Shown: positions 59,112-64,000 of the stretch, piece by piece
Layout: each line of letters starts with the position of its first letter
How positions within the stretch are numbered: position 1 is the stretch's first letter
Virus record (IMG/VR): IMGVR_UViG_3300037137_001027
Span: 95,508-159,507 of that record
Length of the DNA: 64,000 nucleotides
Direction: 5' to 3' (one strand)
Source of the DNA: a virus
The notes under the pieces: generated by a model
Told to the model about the DNA's origin: nothing
What the model saw: only the letters and a program-made list of their open reading frames with translations
Databases searched by the model: none
Translations under genes and position numbers: made by a program

Positions 59112-59309
59112 ATGGTAAAGTTAAATTTTAGATCATGGTTGGAGTCCGTTTTTGGAGCGGGAGATGTGAATGGGCCAACCCCCGCCTCAGTAGCACCAGA
59201 ATTAATTGCTAAAAATATAGGTGGGGCTTACCCCACCTATGACCTACGCCCGCTACCACATGAAAAACACATGAAAAGAAATACTATGAAGAAGCAAAAG
59301 AAACATTAA
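59112..59309 (+). CDS. small putative internal head protein
   Basis: MVKLNFRSWLES; TATATA box 4 nt before ATG; basic C-terminus. Confidence 0.55.
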   Translation: MVKLNFRSWLESVFGAGDVNGPTPASVAPELIAKNIGGAYPTYDLRPLPHEKHMKRNTMKKQKKH

Positions 59310-59578
59310 CTGTCGTCATCTTCTTCGTCATCGTCCCAATCGTCATCGTCGTCATCTTCTTCGTCATCGTCCCAATCGTCATCGTCGTCATCTTCTTCGT
59401 CATCGTCGTCGTCATCTTCTTCGTCATCGTCCCAATCGTCATCGTCGTCATCATCTTCGTCGTCATCTTCGGGATCATCTTCATTATCCCATTCTAGATC
59501 GTTAAAGTCTTCATCTTCATCGTTATAGCGATGGCCAGCGAGCATTTTTAGACTCTTCAATAAAGGATCGTCATGCAT
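59306..59578 (-). CDS. extremely acidic Asp/Glu-repeat protein
   Basis: AGGAG SD; DDDDDWDDDEE repeats. Confidence 0.7.
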   Translation of the reverse strand: MHDDPLLKSLKMLAGHRYNDEDEDFNDLEWDNEDDPEDDDEDDDDDDDWDDDEEDDDDDDEEDDDDDDWDDDEEDDDDDDWDDDEEDDDS

Positions 59579-59679
59579 GATAATCTCTCCTATTAATATC
59601 TTAATAATTAGTAGGTATATAGTAAAAAATTAACAACTTGGTTTGCTTTTTGCGTTTTGTCCAAAAGTAAATTTTACGT

Positions 59680-61212
59680 TTACTCCCGATGTAATTTTTG
59701 AGTCATACTTAATCGTGTGTTGGCAACTGTAATGGAAGTAACGCCTTTGGTATTACATGTAGGTTTCTTTTTCCCGTTGCAACTACAGCCAGCGTTATTT
59801 TCTGGCTTCCAGCACTTAAGAAATTCAATTTGGTTAGGGTTTGTGCAGTTATTCAGAAAACAGCCCGCAAAATGACTACGAATCAAATTACCATCTGGAG
59901 TAATTTCAAATGGCGTGGCTTTGTCTGCCCTAATCAAACCTTTTTCATGCAAAAAGTCAACACAATCACGGGCATGATCTATCAATTCCATTGGAGATGT
60001 TACCACACTGTCCACACAATTGCCCTGTTGGTCAAATTCGTAATAAGTGTCGTTTGGAACTTCAACATTAACCATAAAATCAGGTAGTGTCAATAGTTCA
60101 ATATTCTTGCTTCTTACCACTGATACCGCACTGTGTTCAATTACTTCGTCTGATGGCTCCAGCATTGCTTTGAACATTGTCCAGTCCATCGAAACCATTG
60201 GACGAACAACCTGTCGCAAAATACCACGCTTGATAAAAGCATCGTTAATTACTTGATTGTACAAATAGTTATTGAGTTTATCCTGCACCAGCATTGCTCT
60301 TGCAAATGCGTCATAAAACCTAATCGTTGCAGGAGCATTAGAGATAGCATTGAATGTGTAAGAAGTCAACACATCTCTTGCATTTATCAATGCGGTTTTT
60401 GCATCTGGAGTAACTTTCCTTTGTGCTTCGTAAATTCCACAAAGGCAATCATACCAAGCACCAAGAAACACACGGGAAAAACTGTGCGGTTCACTCGTCA
60501 ATTGATTGTCTACACCATTTCTAGGTAACTTTTCTGGTTCAATATAGGTAAAATTATTGACCGCATTGCGTAATGCGCCCGCCGTATGACCACCACGCCC
60601 ACCTGTGAGATTGAATATGGCTTGACCCATCTCTTCCGCCAATTTTGTAAGTGTATTGCTTTGGGCAATATTGCCACCCGTCTCATTTAACACCAATTCA
60701 AGAAATTCATCATGCTGCATAGCATTAATGATTGCATTAATGTCACCAAATGCTTCGTGGAAGCCCCAAATTTCATAAGCCTGAACATTGAATAGGTCAG
60801 GCCGTAATGCATCCAAAAGAGCATGACCTAATTCGTGTAAAACTACATCAGATGAATTAACCGCATACACCATATTCCTTGTAACAGGGTCCATTGCATA
60901 AAAGAACCTTAACGCCTGTCGATCATAAAAAGCGTTTAGTTGTTTGCCAGCCCGTGGCTGAACGTATAGAGTTTGCACAGATGACCAGTGATTTAGTAAT
61001 GGAGTCTTTAGATGCTTTCTCATAACATTAATACCTTGTGTAACATTGTAATGACACAAAGCCGCTTGGTGTTCGAGAGTATACATAGTTGTGGTTGCAC
61101 CACGGAATCCATCAATTCTAAAATCCATGCCATTTGGCTTAGGCGGCAAATCAACAGGGATTACTAGACTAGGTGTAGTAGGATCGTTTAAGACATAATT
61201 AATATCTGGCAT
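59680..61212 (-). CDS. M4/M36-like zinc metallopeptidase
   Basis: NAFY, DVVLHELGHA, FHEAFGD, LR, EPH. Confidence 0.85.
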   Translation of the reverse strand: MPDINYVLNDPTTPSLVIPVDLPPKPNGMDFRIDGFRGATTTMYTLEHQAALCHYNVTQGINVMRKHLKTPLLNHWSSVQTLYVQPRAGKQLNAFYDRQALRFFYAMDPVTRNMVYAVNSSDVVLHELGHALLDALRPDLFNVQAYEIWGFHEAFGDINAIINAMQHDEFLELVLNETGGNIAQSNTLTKLAEEMGQAIFNLTGGRGGHTAGALRNAVNNFTYIEPEKLPRNGVDNQLTSEPHSFSRVFLGAWYDCLCGIYEAQRKVTPDAKTALINARDVLTSYTFNAISNAPATIRFYDAFARAMLVQDKLNNYLYNQVINDAFIKRGILRQVVRPMVSMDWTMFKAMLEPSDEVIEHSAVSVVRSKNIELLTLPDFMVNVEVPNDTYYEFDQQGNCVDSVVTSPMELIDHARDCVDFLHEKGLIRADKATPFEITPDGNLIRSHFAGCFLNNCTNPNQIEFLKCWKPENNAGCSCNGKKKPTCNTKGVTSITVANTRLSMTQKLHRE

Positions 61213-61247
61213 ATTTTACCTCTAGTCTATATATTATTAATAACACT

Positions 61248-61820
61248 ATGCTAGAAAAAGAAAAAATAATAAGAGAGCAGAGAGTTGCTCAAGCTACTGA
61301 CAAGAATTATGTAGGATTAGAAGGTAAGTTTGGAGTTATCTTAAAATACCTTGGTAAGCCAATCATATCTCAAGAATCAGCCAACTATAACGTGACGGAT
61401 TGGCAGGATGTTTATGATTTGCAAGAGGAGGATGGCTTCCCTGAACACGATCCTGATGCACCAATAACCGAGATGGGTAAAGTTTTTGATGGACTAAAAT
61501 ATGGTTATCACCTCGAAATTAGCTACCTTAAAGATGGTGCTATTCCTGTTAAAAAAAGTGAATATCGCACTGTATATGAACAAGCATTCAAGGTTTTGAA
61601 AGTATCTTATAAAGGATGCTTAGTTTATTTAGAAGCAGAAAATGAAATTCATATATTTACACCAAATCCAGAATGGGAAGACATGGTGACTAAAATATAT
61701 GAATCTGCACGGAAACTTCAAAATACATACAAATTTAATGTTTCTTTAAATATGCAGACAGAAATTAAAGATAAGAAATTGAACTTATTAGAGAGGCTGA
61801 GAGAGAAGTGGGGAATTTAG
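61248..61820 (+). CDS. hypothetical protein
   Basis: 190-aa ORF. Confidence 0.6.
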   Translation: MLEKEKIIREQRVAQATDKNYVGLEGKFGVILKYLGKPIISQESANYNVTDWQDVYDLQEEDGFPEHDPDAPITEMGKVFDGLKYGYHLEISYLKDGAIPVKKSEYRTVYEQAFKVLKVSYKGCLVYLEAENEIHIFTPNPEWEDMVTKIYESARKLQNTYKFNVSLNMQTEIKDKKLNLLERLREKWGI

Positions 61821-61869
61821 AAACACAAAAAGTGAAATTAGAATTGGTAGTACGCATCCAAGATGAAAA

Positions 61870-61912
61870 GACGAGTGACAGGTTCGTTAATTTTATAACC
61901 TTGTCACTCGTC
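61870..61912. terminator. hairpin between convergent genes, likely bidirectional terminator
   Basis: GACGAGTGACA-GGTT...AACC-T-TGTCACTCGTC flanked by A- and T-rich tracts. Confidence 0.7.
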
Positions 61913-61942
61913 ATTATTTTTAACCTTATCACAGTTTACCTT

Positions 61943-62260
61943 TTATGCACCAGTAAATAGGTAATCATTGATGCGACTACGCTTGAGCGTGGATATCATC
62001 GGTCCCCGTGAAATAACCAAATAGTCCTTCTTTATTGAAGCTCGCATGTTCTTAACACGGGCAATCTTCCTTCGCAAGAAGGATTTAACAGGTGCAGCAT
62101 TCGGTGGTAGTACCACCTTGCCCGCACGAACTTCGTAACCCGTAATATGAGTATCCGTAGATTCAGTTATCAACACAGTCCTTTGAATTGGATGGGAGTG
62201 ACCACCCTTGTAATAAAAACGTGCTACAGGGTAAGTGTTAACCAGTTTGTACTTTTTCAT
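61943..62260 (-). CDS. basic hypothetical protein
   Basis: ATG 62260 with AAGGA SD. Confidence 0.6.
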   Translation of the reverse strand: MKKYKLVNTYPVARFYYKGGHSHPIQRTVLITESTDTHITGYEVRAGKVVLPPNAAPVKSFLRRKIARVKNMRASIKKDYLVISRGPMISTLKRSRINDYLFTGA

Positions 62261-62783
62261 TGGTAAATTCCTTAACAAGTCTATAAAGGTCGCTAGCATA
62301 GCGGATGTCAGCTAATAATTTACTGGCAAACCTACAATCTGTCAAGGGAACTTCAAACAACAAATTTTCTCTGATGAAACGTGGCATAAAATCAGGAGCC
62401 AACTGTCCTTCTGGCATCTCAAATTCCGCTAACGCAAAGTAATTAATGCCGTTATGGTCTTTGAAAAAATCAACTTCCCAAATTTGACCCTGCTTGTCTG
62501 GCACAATGTAACGAACCTTTTCCAGTTTATTCATACATCGCGTCCACAAGTCATTAAAATCTCGTTCGTCAATTTGATTTTCAATTTCTACGACTCGGCC
62601 ATTAACCGTTGATTTAAGGGTTAAATAATGTTTGTTTTTCATTTTACGAAGCCTAAGAGAAGTCCCTTTGCTAGAAAACAAATAGCCTTGTAAGATTAAA
62701 TTCTTACTTTCAGCTAACTTCTGAAACTTCTCTTCGGTATCTTTATGCTCTAGCATGAATTTACATTCATTTTCGGTTGGCAT
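62238..62783 (-). CDS. CYTH / triphosphate tunnel metalloenzyme
   Basis: ENECKF, QGYL, LRLRK, LTLK, EIE, EK.RY, WEVD.F, LAEFE. Confidence 0.9.
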   Translation of the reverse strand: MPTENECKFMLEHKDTEEKFQKLAESKNLILQGYLFSSKGTSLRLRKMKNKHYLTLKSTVNGRVVEIENQIDERDFNDLWTRCMNKLEKVRYIVPDKQGQIWEVDFFKDHNGINYFALAEFEMPEGQLAPDFMPRFIRENLLFEVPLTDCRFASKLLADIRYASDLYRLVKEFTNEKVQTG

Positions 62784-63226
62784 TACTTGATGTTCCTTTT
62801 GAGGAATTGTACGATTTCATCTAGATCACCACGACTATCTAAAAGCTGGTCTTCCAGAAACAATTCTACATACTTTGCATCACTAATATCAAGCTCTTTA
62901 CTATCCACTATTTCCTCCATACGATGCGCATAGTTCGCAACTACTTCACTCTCAAGCTGTTGCGCATACAAGAAGATTTCATGTGGATCAGTCAAATTGG
63001 GTATGTTTTTGTGGTCTGTTCTAGGCACTCCACCTAGCCCGACAATCACTTTTGCAAACTCCTGAATGTGCTTAAATTCACTTGCAGCATGTTCAGCCAA
63101 CCACTCTGCAACTTCATGTCGATAAGTGCCTTCTACTAAAAACGAGGAATGTAAATAAAAATGCATGTGCGTATATTCATTTACCAAATCATTGTTCAAT
63201 CTAGAAATCAACTCTAACTTATTCAT
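62783..63226 (-). CDS. ferritin/bacterioferritin-like protein
   Basis: LN.DL..E....Y, E..H, I..LGG.P, E......Y. Confidence 0.85.
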   Translation of the reverse strand: MNKLELISRLNNDLVNEYTHMHFYLHSSFLVEGTYRHEVAEWLAEHAASEFKHIQEFAKVIVGLGGVPRTDHKNIPNLTDPHEIFLYAQQLESEVVANYAHRMEEIVDSKELDISDAKYVELFLEDQLLDSRGDLDEIVQFLKRNIK

Positions 63227-63417
63227 TTTTGCCTTTCTTTAACCACCAGCTTCGCAGTGCGTTGCTGGTAAAATAATGTATAACTGCGATCCCAAGTTCA
63301 GATAATAGAGTTCGATACTTAAAATCTTTGCAAGTACATTCTTTTATTGCAAGGAAACATAATTTGGCGGTTTGCATAATATATAAAGGTAATTAGTTAG
63401 AAAGGTTTTGTTAAATT

Positions 63418-64000
63418 ATGAACATTGCTGATTCCCTCTGGCGAGGCAAGTACAAAAATTTAGAGGAATATTACAAAGCGGAATATCCATCCGAGTATTA
63501 TAGCCTCACCAAATACGAGTTAGACATTGACCCCGACGAGACTGTTGAAGATTATAACAAGTACGATGTGAATAAGCAACGTATAGAATACGCAAAATGC
63601 GCATTGGACTTTTTTTATTTTGCAAATAAGTATGTCAGGATTTTACACCCGAAACGTGGTGCCGTTCGTTTTCTTTGTTATAAATATCAACACCGTGTAG
63701 TAAATGACTTTGAAAAATATCGTTTCAATCTTATCTCAAAATTCCGTCAAGGTGGACTAACCACGTTGGCTGAGTTGTGGGGTATGTGGCGATGCATGTT
63801 CAAGTTAGATCAACAGATTGTTTTGTTGTCTAAGACAGACACAGAAGCTATCACGGCAGGTGAAATTGTTAATACTGCTGTTAAGAATTTACCAGACTGG
63901 ATGAAACCGACAGCGAATGAAGGTAAATGGAACGATCACCAAAAGCATTTTCCAGGCACGGGCGGGAAAATGATATTTGGTACTCCAGAGCGTGCGCGTG
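63418..64000 (+). CDS. terminase large subunit (T4 gp17-like), 3' partial (not in ORF track)
   Basis: EYAKCALDFFYF..KYV.I.HP..G...F..Y.YQ...RFNLISKFRQGGLTT (Walker A)...LPDWM. Confidence 0.92.
   Translation, partial: MNIADSLWRGKYKNLEEYYKAEYPSEYYSLTKYELDIDPDETVEDYNKYDVNKQRIEYAKCALDFFYFANKYVRILHPKRGAVRFLCYKYQHRVVNDFEKYRFNLISKFRQGGLTTLAELWGMWRCMFKLDQQIVLLSKTDTEAITAGEIVNTAVKNLPDWMKPTANEGKWNDHQKHFPGTGGKMIFGTPERAR

Noticed and set aside
59284-59484. Met/Thr/Lys-repeat ORF
   Set aside because: Alternate frame of the acidic repeat; the D/E frame has the SD
63245-63269. CAGTGC loop as an iron-responsive element before the ferritin gene
   Set aside because: CAGUG is on the + strand whereas ferritin mRNA is the - strand, and the stem geometry does not fit an IRE
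1-64000. tRNA, rRNA, introns, inteins
   Set aside because: No cloverleaf, rRNA-like tract, interrupted core gene or intein motif recognised by eye; tRNAscan-SE and Infernal would be needed to exclude them

Overview
AT-rich, densely coding segment of a large (jumbo-type) T4-like myophage genome, read in the standard genetic code. The centre (about 18.0-43.8 kb, + strand) is a tail/baseplate module: gp2-like DNA end protector, 1840-aa tape measure protein, tube initiator, gp53-, hub-, gp5/VgrG-, gp25-, gp6- and gp7-like proteins, then three paralogous PKD-type appendage proteins, the last carrying a very long Cys/Pro repeat. The terminase large subunit starts at the right edge. Around the module lie accessory genes: ClpP, histidine phosphatase, SprT- and M4/M36-type metallopeptidases, a CCA-adding-enzyme-like nucleotidyltransferase next to a broken RNA-repair-type HAD gene and a radical SAM gene, an actin-fold ATPase, GlpX, ferritin-like and CYTH proteins, primase, a RecB/Cas4-like nuclease, about seven glycosyltransferase-like genes and three HNH-type endonucleases. 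Two cross-cutting patterns stand out. One is a family of proteins sharing a T4 capsid-targeting-like motif (F-x-E-W/F/Y..E), which includes the nucleotidyltransferase. The other is a TA(A/T/G)ATA late-promoter-like box 4-7 nt upstream of many start codons. No tRNA, rRNA or CRISPR array was seen. All calls come from motif recognition by eye; no database search was run.
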